Shown here in pieces: positions 1 to 11,744 of a stretch of 64,000 nt of DNA. Source of the DNA: Patescibacteria group bacterium (GTDB lineage Bacteria > Patescibacteriota > Minisyncoccia > UBA6257 > UBA9933); NCBI GenBank assembly GCA_038065955.1, contig JBBTPY010000001.1, forward strand, positions 92,061-156,060, in the 5' to 3' direction. The notes beneath the pieces are model-generated. The model saw nothing but the letters and a program-made list of their open reading frames with translations, had not been told where the DNA came from and did no database searches. Positions within the stretch are counted from its first letter, which is position 1. Each line of letters starts with the position of its first letter. A program made the translations under genes and the position numbers.

Positions 1-1691
1 TCGCCCGTAATCATTATCACACGCATATCCGCCGCTCTTACTCTTTGCATTGCTTCTTTAACTTCACTACGAAGCGCGTCATTCATACCAAAAAAACCAA
101 CAAAAGTGAGCGGCGGTATTGTGTCTCCATCAATGCTCCGCCCGGTATCTGGATTGGTGGCATAGGCAACCACCCTAAACCCTGCTTGCGCAAGATTGTG
201 GAAAACCGATTCTAATTCTTTTTTCTTTTTTTCATTTAAATTTTCGGCTCCATCTTTGTGCCAGATATGCCTGCAAAGCTCAAGCACTTTTTCTGGCGCG
301 CCGACGACAGTAAGAAAATTTTTGCCGTCAACCGCTCGAATTGTGGCGTGATATTTTTTTTGATAATTAAACGGCAATTCAAAAATTTTTAATGCCTCAT
401 GTTCCAACACCTCATGCCTAAATCCGATTTTTTCGGAAAACACCAACATCGCCGCTTCTGTCGGGTCGCCGGCAATCTTCCATAGTTTGGTTTCTTCCGA
501 AAAAGACAATCGCGCGTTGGCGCAGAATGCCGCAATTCTTCCACTAAAAAGCAGTTCTGGATAATTTAAGGGGTCAGTGGTTTTACCATCAAAAATTGCT
601 TCACCTTTTGGCTCGTATCCGTCGCCTGTGATATTAAAAATTTTGCCGTCCACATACACGCGCTGAATAACCATCTCATTTCTCGTGAGCGTTCCGGTTT
701 TGTCCACCGCAATGACTTTTGTTTGCCCCAATGCTTCCACCGCCTGCAATCGCTTCACCAGCACATTGCGCTTTGACATTCTGTGAACACCGGTTGCCAG
801 AACAAGAGTTATTACAACCGGCAGACCCTCCGGAATGATAGAGACCGAAAGCGCCACCGCCACGGTAAACATTTCTTTGAGGGATTTACCAGAAAAAACG
901 CCAAGAATAATTAAGGAGACACTGATGATGGTTGTGGTAATAACAATAATCCGAGAGAGATAGCGGATATTGGTTTTTAACGGAATCTCGGTATCAAGAG
1001 TAGTAATCCTTTGAGCAATTTTTCCAATCTCTGTTGCGAGTCCTGTCGCCACAACAACTGCGGTGCCGTTTCCGCTTAAAATGTGCGTACCCTTAAATAC
1101 CATATTTTTCTGATCCGCCACCGGCAGATTGTCGGACGGCAATACTGTATCGGTTTTGGTCACTGGTTCTGATTCTCCGGTAAGACTTGCCTCATCAACT
1201 TTCAGGATATTGGAGAAAATAATCCGCGCATCAGCTGGCGTTTTTTCTCCTTCTTGCAATACAATAATGTCCCCAGGCATTATCTCGGCATCTGGGATGA
1301 TAAGTTCTTTCCCGTCTCGCAGCACAGTTGCCGAAGTTTCGGCGAACCTTTTTAAGGCAAGAAGTGTGTTTTGCGCTTTACCTTCTTGGACCATTCCCAG
1401 AATCGCATTAAAAAGAAGCACCGCAAAAATAATCAAAGCGTCAATAGTTGATCCCATGGCAAAAACAATACCGGCTGCGGCAAAGAGAATATAAATCAGC
1501 GGATTTTGAAATTGACGCAGAAAAATAACGGGAAGACTGTCCACCTTCCCTTCGGGAAGTTTATTGAGTCCGTATTTTTGAAAACGCCCGATCGCTTCTT
1601 CTTTTGTTAGCCCATGTTCACGCGAACCAAGCACACCAAAAACCTCAGGAACTGTTTTTGTATGCCATGAAATTTGTTGCGTTATTGCCAT
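1..1691 (-). CDS. Cation-transporting P-type ATPase (P2A-like), runs off the window start
   Basis: Manual minus-strand translation from ATG at 1691: MAITQQISWH...VDEASLTGES...IPEGLP...VDKTGTLTRNEM...GDPTE...RVIMITG. Missing from the ORF track because no stop lies in the window. Confidence 0.92.
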   Translation of the reverse strand, partial: MAITQQISWHTKTVPEVFGVLGSREHGLTKEEAIGRFQKYGLNKLPEGKVDSLPVIFLRQFQNPLIYILFAAAGIVFAMGSTIDALIIFAVLLFNAILGMVQEGKAQNTLLALKRFAETSATVLRDGKELIIPDAEIMPGDIIVLQEGEKTPADARIIFSNILKVDEASLTGESEPVTKTDTVLPSDNLPVADQKNMVFKGTHILSGNGTAVVVATGLATEIGKIAQRITTLDTEIPLKTNIRYLSRIIVITTTIISVSLIILGVFSGKSLKEMFTVAVALSVSIIPEGLPVVITLVLATGVHRMSKRNVLVKRLQAVEALGQTKVIAVDKTGTLTRNEMVIQRVYVDGKIFNITGDGYEPKGEAIFDGKTTDPLNYPELLFSGRIAAFCANARLSFSEETKLWKIAGDPTEAAMLVFSEKIGFRHEVLEHEALKIFELPFNYQKKYHATIRAVDGKNFLTVVGAPEKVLELCRHIWHKDGAENLNEKKKKELESVFHNLAQAGFRVVAYATNPDTGRSIDGDTIPPLTFVGFFGMNDALRSEVKEAMQRVRAADMRVIMITG

Positions 1692-1695
1692 AAGA

Positions 1696-1899
1696 TTATT
1701 TGATCAATTCCTCAATTGCGACATTGAGGGCCTTCGCGATTTTGCTCACTACAAAAACGGACGGCTTCTTGATGACACCAGTTTCAATCTTTGTAAGTGT
1801 CGTATAAGCGACATCTGCTTTGCGAGCAAAATCGTCTTGGGAAAGCCCCAGTTTTAATCGCAATTTCCTTATTTTTAGTCCTAGCTGATTACTTTCCAT
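1696..1899 (-). CDS. XRE/Cro-C1 family HTH transcriptional regulator
   Basis: IRKLRLKLGLSQDDFARKADVAYTTLTKIETG HTH_3 pattern. Confidence 0.88.
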   Translation of the reverse strand: MESNQLGLKIRKLRLKLGLSQDDFARKADVAYTTLTKIETGVIKKPSVFVVSKIAKALNVAIEELIK

Positions 1900-2187
1900 A
1901 TATTGATAACATTTAACTGTTGCTTATTTTCGGACACAGTATTATACTAACAGATATGAAGACTTTTTTCAATTTTATCGTTGCAAATAAGCCCGCTCGA
2001 ACTTCGCCAAAAGAAATCAGCGGAGCAAGCGGAGGATTCCTCCCCAAACCCCTCCTCCTCCGCTTGCGACATCCGAATTCAAAAAAGATTAGCCGAGTGT
2101 TTTGCGAAATCCTTTCCCCAAAAAATAGTTTTCGCAAAACCGAGTCCGCATTAGTCCCGCCACCTGCCCGAATACTTGGAGGGCAGA

Positions 2188-2271
2188 ACACCAAAGAAAA
2201 ATGTCCTTTCCTTTTTAGAAGAAATTGGTCGCGCGCAAATCCGAAAAGCAAGGAACATTTTTCTTTGGTGT
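2188..2271. repeat. 17-bp perfect inverted repeat in the non-coding end of a putative island
   Basis: ACACCAAAGAAAAATGT (2188-2204) / ACATTTTTCTTTGGTGT (2255-2271). Confidence 0.8.
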
Positions 2272-2530
2272 CCGCCGAGGCTCTGCGAGGCGGTGGCGGG
2301 GCTGATTCATTCGTTCAGTTTCCGCTCGAAAAAAGTTCGCGCAAAGTGTATAATTACAGCACCAGTAGTAACTTGTTCGGAATTAAGAATATGGAGCGAT
2401 TTTGCAGAAGCCAAAATCGCGCTTTGATTTTCGCCAAAACCCTTTCCGCCGTAGGCGGACGCGGGGGTCAGTGCGCGGATTTTGCTTTGCAAAATCCGCT
2501 CCTCTTTCCTAATCCTGAAAATGTCTCTGC

Positions 2531-2615
2531 TGGTGCGCGGGAGAGGACTCGAACCTCCAAGCCTTGCGGCGCTACCACCTCAAGGTAGTGCGTTTGCCAA
2601 TTTCGCCACCCGCGC
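2531..2615 (-). tRNA. tRNA-Leu(GAG), CCA encoded
   Basis: Cloverleaf with long variable arm; anticodon arm CTACC-TTGAGGT-GGTAG; GGTTCGAGTCC. Confidence 0.95.
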
Positions 2616-2618
2616 ATG

Positions 2619-2945
2619 TTACGCGGCTACGCCGATTTTCTGACGCGATTTTTTCTTGGAGACATTGCGCAAGTAATATAATTTTGAACGCCGGACTTTT
2701 TTCGGCTCGCTTAAAACTTCCACCTTGGAAATTATCGGCGAATTAATCGGATAAATTTTCTCAACGCCAAACTCGCCAAATGTCGCGCGCACGGTAAAAG
2801 TAGCGCCGGCTTCTTGACCGTGTTTTTTAGCAATCACAACACCTTTAAAATTGCTTATTCTTTCTTTATCACCTTCCTTAATTTTTTCGGAAACGCGAAT
2901 AACCGCTCCAGCCTTAATTTTATTTAAAATATCCTGTGAAATCAT
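2619..2945 (-). CDS. rplS: 50S ribosomal protein L19
   Basis: FKGVVIA...TFTVR...GVEKIYP...VRRSKLYYLR. Confidence 0.96.
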   Translation of the reverse strand: MISQDILNKIKAGAVIRVSEKIKEGDKERISNFKGVVIAKKHGQEAGATFTVRATFGEFGVEKIYPINSPIISKVEVLSEPKKVRRSKLYYLRNVSKKKSRQKIGVAA

Positions 2946-2948
2946 GAT

Positions 2949-3728
2949 TTATATACTACTATCGATACTTTCATCTGTCAATCGCAAAATCAATTTATTT
3001 AATTCCTCCGATAATTCAACTTCAATTTTAATATGACCGCCTTCCATCAAATTAAATTCCAAAGATTCAGCGTGAAGAAACTGGCGCTTAAGACCGAAAG
3101 GATTTTGTTTTCGGCTATAAAGCAAATCTCCGACAATCGGATGGCCGATAGAACTCAAATGGACTCTGATTTGATGAGTGCGGCCGGTTTTCGGAAATAC
3201 TTTAACTAATGAAAAAAATGGAAAAAACTTTATAACTTTATATTCCGTAATCGCTTCTTTGAGCATTTTGCCTTTTCCTATTGTCCTTTTAACGGTTTTA
3301 GTAATGCCAATTGGTTTGTCAATTATGCCGCTTCTTGGTTCAACTTTGCCCCAAACCAACGCCAAATAAGTTTTTTTTATTTCATTTTTTTCAAAAAGAC
3401 TTTTCAAATAATCAAAATATTTTTGATTTTTAGCGATTAAAACCACGCCCGAAGTGTCTTTGTCTAAACGATGAACAATGCCCGGCCGAATATTTTCAGT
3501 CGCCTGCCCGCCGGCCATGCCTACCGGCAGGCAGGCCATGCCTACCGGCAGGCAGGCAGGCAAGTCGCCGACGCTTTTAACTTCCGGATAATTTTTTAAA
3601 AGCCAATCAACTAAAGTTTCTTCCGAATCCTTAAACTTTGAGCTTTTAACTTTATGAATTAAAACACCGACGGGCTTATTAACCGCCAGAAAATTTTCAT
3701 CTTCGTAAATAATTTCCGGAGAAAGCAT
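2949..3728 (-). CDS. RluA-family pseudouridine synthase carrying an in-frame repeat insert
   Basis: VNKPVG, HRLDKDTSG, TGRTHQIRVH, HPIVGD motifs. Confidence 0.93.
   Translation of the reverse strand: MLSPEIIYEDENFLAVNKPVGVLIHKVKSSKFKDSEETLVDWLLKNYPEVKSVGDLPACLPVGMACLPVGMAGGQATENIRPGIVHRLDKDTSGVVLIAKNQKYFDYLKSLFEKNEIKKTYLALVWGKVEPRSGIIDKPIGITKTVKRTIGKGKMLKEAITEYKVIKFFPFFSLVKVFPKTGRTHQIRVHLSSIGHPIVGDLLYSRKQNPFGLKRQFLHAESLEFNLMEGGHIKIEVELSEELNKLILRLTDESIDSSI
3502..3561. repeat. In-frame palindromic repeat cluster (CCTGCCTGCCGGYAGGC family)
   Basis: Two tandem 21-nt units GGCCATGCCTACCGGCAGGCA (3513-3554); encodes LPACLPVGMACLPVGMAGGQA. Confidence 0.85.
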
Positions 3729-3731
3729 TTA

Positions 3732-3806
3732 TGGTGCGCCCATGAAGGATCGAACTTCAGACCTTTCGCATGTCAAGCGAACGCTCTACCACTGAGCTAT
3801 GGGCGC
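3732..3806 (-). tRNA. tRNA-Val(GAC), CCA encoded
   Basis: Anticodon arm TTCGC-TTGACAT-GCGAA; acceptor GCGCCCA/TGGGCGC. Confidence 0.95.
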
Positions 3807-3822
3807 ATAAAAATCTAACGGC

Positions 3823-4182
3823 TTATCCTCTAACCACTTTTTTTACCTTCATTTTTTTCGCCCCCCAAAATTCTTTTAAATATTTTACAATCGTTTTATC
3901 GTCAAAATCTTTACAAGAATACAAGTCCATCGCCACATAACCTTCTTCCGGCCAAGTATGAAGAGAAATATGGCTTTCATAAAGCATAATAAAACCGGAA
4001 ATTCCCCAATTGGGATAAAAATCAGAAACGACTTTTTTTACCACTACCTGACTCAAAGGACGCATTTTAAATTCCGCCGGCAAAAATTTAAGAAGTTTTT
4101 TAATTCCTTTATCGTCTTTTAATTTTTTTTCATCTATTCCGTAAGCGTCTATGATAAGATGCTTACCCCAAGTTTTTTGCAT
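3823..4182 (-). CDS. speD: S-adenosylmethionine decarboxylase proenzyme
   Basis: GKHLIID...ESHISLHTWPEEGYVAMDLYSC autocleavage motif. Confidence 0.88.
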   Translation of the reverse strand: MQKTWGKHLIIDAYGIDEKKLKDDKGIKKLLKFLPAEFKMRPLSQVVVKKVVSDFYPNWGISGFIMLYESHISLHTWPEEGYVAMDLYSCKDFDDKTIVKYLKEFWGAKKMKVKKVVRG

Positions 4183-4291
4183 TTTTTATTATTGAAAATT
4201 TTTTAAAATTTCAAAAATTTTTATTTCTAAAATTATAATAGAAATAAAAAAGAAACGCGTCAATGTGGATAACTTAATATAGAAAATGCGG

Positions 4292-4363
4292 CGCCCTCGA
4301 AGGGAATCGAACCCCTATCAAGACCTTAGAAGAGTCCTGCTTTATCCATTAAGCTACGAGGGC
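4292..4363 (-). tRNA. tRNA-Arg(TCT)
   Basis: Acceptor GCCCTCG/CGAGGGC; anticodon loop CTTCTAA; GGTTCGATTCC. Confidence 0.92.
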
Positions 4364-4424
4364 TTTTTAAAATTTTATAATTTTTAATTGATAATTTCAA
4401 GATTTTTATTTATAATAATTTTAT

Positions 4425-4495
4425 CGGGATGGAGTATGACGGCAGTACGCCTGTTTTGGGAACAGGTAGACCGAGTTCGACTCTCGGCATCCCGA
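4425..4495 (+). tRNA. tRNA-Pro(TGG)
   Basis: CGGGATG/CATCCCG acceptor; CCTGT-TTTGGGA-ACAGG. Confidence 0.93.
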
Positions 4496-4505
4496 CAAAA
4501 AAATT

Positions 4506-4542
4506 AGGCGGTAATCATCATATATGATGATTACCGCCTTTT
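4506..4542 (+). terminator. 34-bp perfect palindrome followed by T run; likely terminator after tRNA-Pro
   Basis: AGGCGGTAATCATCATA|TATGATGATTACCGCCT then TTT. Confidence 0.65.
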
Positions 4543-4841
4543 GTTAAAAATAAAATTTTAAATTTTAAAAATTTTTTAAAGAACATATACCGAGCGCGGC
4601 AGTTTTTCAATATCTTTTTGCGATATTCTTATCGCAATATATTAATATTGAAGCTTTCCGTAGTTTCCGAAACTATATTGCCCAGTCGGTAAACACTCCT
4701 TTCTCCCACATAAGTTTTGGGGATTCATATAGATTCACTATATGAATAAACACCCTGGTCCTGCATCTTTCAATTTTTTACTCCATACATATACGCTTTT
4801 CTTTTTAACCCATCAGACATATGGCCGTCACCTCCTTTCTG

Positions 4842-5018
4842 TTAATACTTGTACTTGTCGTCCAAACTTGGGCTGTCGCCTTTTGCCGACCCTATCAGTT
4901 GTTTGCCTTCGTAAATTTTCCTTTTGTTTTCATCTACGCGATTCCTGTCTCCTCTTATCCACTTCTTCATATTCTCTCTTTTCTTTTTCTCAATATCCAC
5001 ATATCCTTCCTTAGACAT
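4842..5018 (-). CDS. Small hypothetical protein (58 aa)
   Basis: MSKEGYVDIEKKKRENMKKWIRG...DDKYKY*, preceded by strong SD GGAGAGGAGGT. Confidence 0.5.
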   Translation of the reverse strand: MSKEGYVDIEKKKRENMKKWIRGDRNRVDENKRKIYEGKQLIGSAKGDSPSLDDKYKY

Positions 5019-5103
5019 TTTTTTACCTCCTCTCCTTATTTTTTATTTTAATAAAATTAACTATGTCAAAAATCTATTATAAAGTATAATGTATTCATAA
5101 ATT

Positions 5104-6105
5104 ATGTCAATAACCGACAAAAAACCGAAAATTGTCGTCATTTTAGGCCCAACCGCTTCCGGTAAATCGGAATTGGCGGTAAAACTCGCTAAAAAGTTTG
5201 ACGGCGAGATTATTTCTGCCGATTCAAGACAAGTTTACAAAGGACTCAACATCGGCTCGGGAAAAATTACGAAAAAAGAAATGAGGGGTATTCCTCATTA
5301 TCTTCTTGATGTCGCCAGCCCGAAAAAAACTTTTACTGTCGTTCAATACCAAAAATTGGCCGAAAAAGCGCTCCGAAAAATCATAAAAAAAGACAAGCTG
5401 CCGATTATCTGCGGCGGAACGGGATTATATATTGACGCTTTAATTTACGATTATCATTTGCCCGAAGTTCCGCCTTTACCAAAATTAAGAAAAAAACTTG
5501 AAAGAAAAACAACTGATGAACTTTTTAGACAACTCCAAAAACTTGACGCCAGACGCGCGAAAAACATAGACAAACACAATCGGCGCCGTTTAATCCGCGC
5601 TTTGGAAATAATTATTTCCACCGGAAAACCAATACAACCTTTAAAATTCGCATGGGCACATTCGCATTTCGCGACTGCGAAGCGAGAGCGAGCGCTATTC
5701 GCATGCCTAAAAATCGGCGTCAAAAAAACTCCGGAAGAATTAAAAAAACTTATCGCTGGAAGATTAAAAAAACGGCTCAAAATCGGAATGATTAAAGAAG
5801 TAAAAAATCTTCACGAAAAACAAAATTTAAGCTGGAAAAGATTAGATAATTTAGGCCTTGAATACCGCTATGTTTCTCGCTTCCTTTGTCAGCGAGCGCG
5901 GACTTATGCGGACTCTACGCAGACAAACGCAGAAAAAAAACGAATTATTAAAAAATTAAAACAAGAAATGATTGATTTAATTGAAAAAAAATCGCTACGC
6001 TATGCCAAACGCCAGATGACCTGGTTCAAAAAAGATAAAAATATTATTTGGATAGATAATCCAAAAAAATCTTTCGCAATATATCAGGACTGGTTTGCCC
6101 CTTAA
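5104..6105 (+). CDS. miaA: tRNA dimethylallyltransferase with two repeat-like inserts
   Basis: GPTASGKS, ISADSRQVY, GGTGLY, YAKRQMTWF. Confidence 0.96.
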   Translation: MSITDKKPKIVVILGPTASGKSELAVKLAKKFDGEIISADSRQVYKGLNIGSGKITKKEMRGIPHYLLDVASPKKTFTVVQYQKLAEKALRKIIKKDKLPIICGGTGLYIDALIYDYHLPEVPPLPKLRKKLERKTTDELFRQLQKLDARRAKNIDKHNRRRLIRALEIIISTGKPIQPLKFAWAHSHFATAKRERALFACLKIGVKKTPEELKKLIAGRLKKRLKIGMIKEVKNLHEKQNLSWKRLDNLGLEYRYVSRFLCQRARTYADSTQTNAEKKRIIKKLKQEMIDLIEKKSLRYAKRQMTWFKKDKNIIWIDNPKKSFAIYQDWFAP

Positions 6106-7537
6106 GTTCCGCCATTGCCTGACCGATTAAAAATTGCAAAGAATTTTCTTTGCCTTTTTTGTAATCAATGACCGCTTTTGGATTTTTCGCGATAATTTCC
6201 ATAACGGCTTTTTTAATCGTTTCTTCATCAGAAATTTGAATCAAACCTTTTTCCACTATAATCCGACGCGGGTCTAAACCGCTTGCCGCCATTTCCCTTA
6301 AAATTTCTTTGGCTAAACGGCTGGAAATTTCACCTTTAATTATTAAAACAATTAAATCGGCAAAATTTTCCGGAATGATTTTTATATCATCAATACTTAA
6401 ACTGATTTCATTCATTAGTCCCTTAAAATCGCTTGTTAAATAATTAAAAAGAAGTTTAACGTGTTTGTTTTTATCGCCGTTTTCCGAGATTTCCGAAAAA
6501 AGTTCGGAAACGGATTTTTCAAAATATTCCGCCAACCGCGGCTCGTTTATTAAAATTTCCGCCTGCTCCGGCATTAAACCGAATTCTTTTAAAAATCTTT
6601 CCCGTTTTTGCAATGGCAATTCCGGGATTTCCGCTTTCAATTTTCCTAAATCAAAATCCGTCAAATCCAAAATTGGCAAATCAGGCTCTGGAAAATAACG
6701 ATAATCGTGCGCTTTTTCTTTAAGACGCTGACTAACCGTAATTTTTTTATTTTCGTCCCAACCGCGGGTTTCATGTTTTACTTCTTGCCCTTCGTCTAAA
6801 ATTTCCGATTGCCTTTTTATTTCATAATCAATCGCCTCTTTAACGGCTCGAAAAGAATTTAAATTTTTAACCTCCACTTTTGTTCCAAACTCGCTGTTTT
6901 TTGAAACGCTGATATTGGCCTCAATTCTCATCTGCCCTTTTTCCATATCAGCGTCTGAAATTTCTAAATAACGCAAAATCAATTGCAGTTCCCGGGCAAA
7001 TTCAACCGCTTCTTCACCGCTTTTAATATTCGGCTCGGTCACTAATTCCATCAAAGGAATGCCGGCGCGGTTAAAATCAACCAAACTATACGCCGTGTGG
7101 AGTAAGCGGGCGGTATCTTCTTCTAAATGAATTCTTGTTATTTTTACGTTATTAAGACTGCCGCCAATGACGAGCGGTTTGTCGTATTGCGATATCTGGT
7201 ATCCCTTTGGCAAATCGGGATAAAAATAATTTTTCCGGTCAAATTTTGAGGTTTCCGGAATTTCCGAATTCAAAGCCAGTCCGAGTTTCAAAACGGATTC
7301 AACGGCTTTTTTATTGATAGTCGGAAGCGTCCCCGGATAGCCGGTACAAATCGGACAGATATTAGTATTAGGCTTTATTTCTGATTTCCCGCGTAATTCC
7401 ACGTTAAGTCCGCGTAGTTCTGCGATTTCGCTCGACGAAATATTAAGGCAGCCGCAAAACATCTTTGTTTTGGTTTTTAATTGAACATGAATTTCAAGGC
7501 CGATGGTTGGTTTATACATTTTTTTATTATACGCCAT
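6044..7537 (-). CDS. gatB: Asp/Glu-tRNA amidotransferase subunit B (start may be 7519)
   Basis: IGLEIHVQL, FDRKNYFYPDLPKGYQISQ, DYRYFPEPDLP. Confidence 0.97.
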   Translation of the reverse strand: MAYNKKMYKPTIGLEIHVQLKTKTKMFCGCLNISSSEIAELRGLNVELRGKSEIKPNTNICPICTGYPGTLPTINKKAVESVLKLGLALNSEIPETSKFDRKNYFYPDLPKGYQISQYDKPLVIGGSLNNVKITRIHLEEDTARLLHTAYSLVDFNRAGIPLMELVTEPNIKSGEEAVEFARELQLILRYLEISDADMEKGQMRIEANISVSKNSEFGTKVEVKNLNSFRAVKEAIDYEIKRQSEILDEGQEVKHETRGWDENKKITVSQRLKEKAHDYRYFPEPDLPILDLTDFDLGKLKAEIPELPLQKRERFLKEFGLMPEQAEILINEPRLAEYFEKSVSELFSEISENGDKNKHVKLLFNYLTSDFKGLMNEISLSIDDIKIIPENFADLIVLIIKGEISSRLAKEILREMAASGLDPRRIIVEKGLIQISDEETIKKAVMEIIAKNPKAVIDYKKGKENSLQFLIGQAMAELKGQTSPDILRKIFLDYLSK

Positions 7538-7549
7538 TGAATAAAAAAA

Positions 7550-7711
7550 TTAAGGGTGGCAATGGCCACCCTTAGGATTAGGTCCGCAATCCGGACAAAT
7601 TACTCGGCCTAAAATTTTATAATCGCTTTCTTCGGCGATTTTATTGCTCCATTCGCCATTAATCCGCAATCTTCTACAAATCGCGCAAACCGCTTCTTTA
7701 ATCCTTCCCAT
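7550..7711 (-). CDS. Small CxxC...CxxC putative zinc-binding protein (53 aa)
   Basis: MGRIKEAVCAICRRLRINGEWSNK...VICPDCGPNPKGGHCHP*; SD-like GGGGGAG upstream; below the ORF-track length cutoff. Confidence 0.55.
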   Translation of the reverse strand: MGRIKEAVCAICRRLRINGEWSNKIAEESDYKILGRVICPDCGPNPKGGHCHP

Positions 7712-7841
7712 AATTCTCCCCCTTTTTTATTTTTTCTTTTATTTTATCCGTTAGCTTTTTTAATTTATTTTTTTTTATTAATAAAAGATTTTTTATGGAA
7801 AGTATCTCGCTCGGACACAAACAAATAACTATTCGCATCAT
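7698..7841 (-). CDS. Possible small Lys-rich protein (47 aa)
   Basis: MMRIVICLCPSEILSIKNLL...GKD* after AAAGGAGGTGA; low-complexity sequence, so uncertain. Confidence 0.3.
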   Translation of the reverse strand: MMRIVICLCPSEILSIKNLLLIKKNKLKKLTDKIKEKIKKGENYGKD

Positions 7842-7874
7842 TATTATCACCTCCTTTATTAAAATTTAAAATTG

Positions 7875-8300
7875 CTATTCTTCTATTTCAATCCCCATTG
7901 AACGGGCGGTTCCGGCAATAATTTTCATCGCCGCTTCAATATCATTGGCATTTAAATCTTCCATTTTCTTTTCCGCGATTTCGCGGAGCTGGACTTTTGT
8001 GATTTTGCCGGATTTTTTCTTAAGCGGGTCGCCGGAGCCTTTTTCAATACCGGCCGCTTTGCGAAGCATATCGGAAGCCGGCGGAGTTTTCAACTTAAAT
8101 TCAAAACTCCTATCTTCAAAAATCGTAAGTTCAACGGGAATAATGTTGCCCGCCATAGCTTTCGTGGCCTCATTGAATTGCTGGCAAAAACCGGCGATAT
8201 TAACGCCGTGCTGGCCGAGAGCCGGTCCTATCGGCGGAGCAGGATTGGCCGCCCCGGCCGAAATTTGAAGTTTTAAAATTGTTTTAATAAGTTTTGCCAT
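7875..8300 (-). CDS. rplK: 50S ribosomal protein L11
   Basis: [21 protein letters not shown]...GTARSMGI. Confidence 0.98.
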   Translation of the reverse strand: MAKLIKTILKLQISAGAANPAPPIGPALGQHGVNIAGFCQQFNEATKAMAGNIIPVELTIFEDRSFEFKLKTPPASDMLRKAAGIEKGSGDPLKKKSGKITKVQLREIAEKKMEDLNANDIEAAMKIIAGTARSMGIEIEE

Positions 8301-8310
8301 AAATTATAAA

Positions 8311-8775
8311 TTATCGCTTCCTCCATTGTCTTCCCCGCCTTGCTTTTCTAAGGCCGTATTTTTTGCGTTCAACCATCCGGCTGTCCCGCGTTAAAAAACC
8401 GACGCGGCGCAAACGCTTTTTAAAATCAGCGTTAAATTTCACGAGCGCCCGAGAAATGCCATGCCGTATCGCTTCAGCTTGAGACGATAATCCGCCCCCG
8501 GCCACTTTAACGGTCGCTCCGAATTTATCGGTAGTTTTCATTTTTTCCAAAGCCGCCAAAACTTCATTTTGAAGACGCAAGGTTGGAAAATATTTATCGT
8601 AATTTTTATCATTAACAATAATGCCTTCCCGTTTTGTATAAAGCCGAACGCGGGCAATGGCCGTTTTTCTCCTGCCAACCGCCTCAAAATAACGCTCATC
8701 TTTAACGGACTCCTTCGCCGATTTTTTCGGTTTTACTTTTTCGTCTTTTTGAATTTTAGAAATTTTTTCCGTCAT
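8311..8775 (-). CDS. rpsI: 30S ribosomal protein S9
   Basis: GRRKTAIARV...GGGLSSQAEAIRHGISRAL...ERKKYGLRKAR. Confidence 0.98.
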   Translation of the reverse strand: MTEKISKIQKDEKVKPKKSAKESVKDERYFEAVGRRKTAIARVRLYTKREGIIVNDKNYDKYFPTLRLQNEVLAALEKMKTTDKFGATVKVAGGGLSSQAEAIRHGISRALVKFNADFKKRLRRVGFLTRDSRMVERKKYGLRKARRGRQWRKR

Positions 8776-8787
8776 CGCTAAATAAAA

Positions 8788-9129
8788 TTATTCTATTATT
8801 AATCTTTTAATTCTTCTGATTTGAAGTTTATTTTTCGGCAGCATTTTCATAACCGCCCGGCGCAAAACCTCGGCCGGTCCCTTTTTCTCCAAAAGCATTT
8901 GAAGAGTTCTCTCTTTTAAATGGCCTATTTGGGTGGTATGGCTGTAATATTTTTTCCCCGTCAGTTTTTTTGAATAAATATCCAATTTGCCGATATTTTT
9001 CACGGTTACGCTGTCGTCGCCTTCAAAGCGCGGTTCATAACTGGGATTTTTTTTTCCTTGTAAAATCAAAGATATCTCCGAAGCCAAACGGCCCATTTTT
9101 TTATTTGCGGCGTCAATAGTATATAACAT
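8788..9129 (-). CDS. rplM: 50S ribosomal protein L13 (C-terminally short)
   Basis: IDAANKKMGRLASEI...GKKNPSYEP...AVMKMLPKN; ATG at 9129 follows the fusA stop. Confidence 0.95.
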   Translation of the reverse strand: MLYTIDAANKKMGRLASEISLILQGKKNPSYEPRFEGDDSVTVKNIGKLDIYSKKLTGKKYYSHTTQIGHLKERTLQMLLEKKGPAEVLRRAVMKMLPKNKLQIRRIKRLIIE

Positions 9130-9133
9130 AAAT

Positions 9134-11275
<2,142 letters not shown>

Positions 11276-11277
11276 TT

Positions 11278-11742
11278 TTATCTCGCAAAGTGCGCGAACG
11301 CTCTGTTGGCCTCCGCCATTCTGTGAGTGTCAATTTTTTTCTTAATCGCCGCGCCTTCATTTTTAGCGGCCGCCATAAGCTCTTCCGCCAATTTTTCCGC
11401 CATTGGCTTTCCTTTTTTCGCCCGAGCCGCGTTAATAATCCAATGGCTTGACAGAAAAAACCGGCGTTCCGGCCGCACCTCGCGCGGCACTTGATAATTG
11501 GCGCCGCCGACGCGCTTGGAAATAACCTCTAAAACAGGCGAAGCATTCTCAATGGCCTTTTCAAAAACCGCCAACGGTTCTTTATTGGTTTTTTCAATAT
11601 TATTAAAACACTGATAAATTACTTTTTCAGCCACGGATTTTTTGCCTTTTTTCATTAAATAATTAATGAACCGGCCAAGCGCCATATTGTCGTATTTTAC
11701 GTCCGGTTTATAAAATTTTTTGAATATTCGTTTTTTACGCAT
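11278..11742 (-). CDS. rpsG: 30S ribosomal protein S7
   Basis: [10 protein letters not shown]...[13 protein letters not shown]. Confidence 0.98.
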   Translation of the reverse strand: MRKKRIFKKFYKPDVKYDNMALGRFINYLMKKGKKSVAEKVIYQCFNNIEKTNKEPLAVFEKAIENASPVLEVISKRVGGANYQVPREVRPERRFFLSSHWIINAARAKKGKPMAEKLAEELMAAAKNEGAAIKKKIDTHRMAEANRAFAHFAR

Positions 11743-11744
11743 AT

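Noticed and set aside
1913-2746. Overlapping ORFs of 60-222 aa on both strands
   Set aside because: No recognisable motifs, mutually overlapping, and some run through tRNA-Leu; treated as a non-coding island end.
4630-4820. SD-led minus-strand frame that extends if TGA is read through (alternative genetic code)
   Set aside because: smpB, infC, rpmI and rpsP end in TGA, so the host uses the standard code; two TGAs in a short frame are weak evidence.
6044-6105. 62-nt convergent overlap of miaA and gatB as a regulatory device
   Set aside because: Short tail-to-tail overlaps are expected in compact genomes and no other signal is present.
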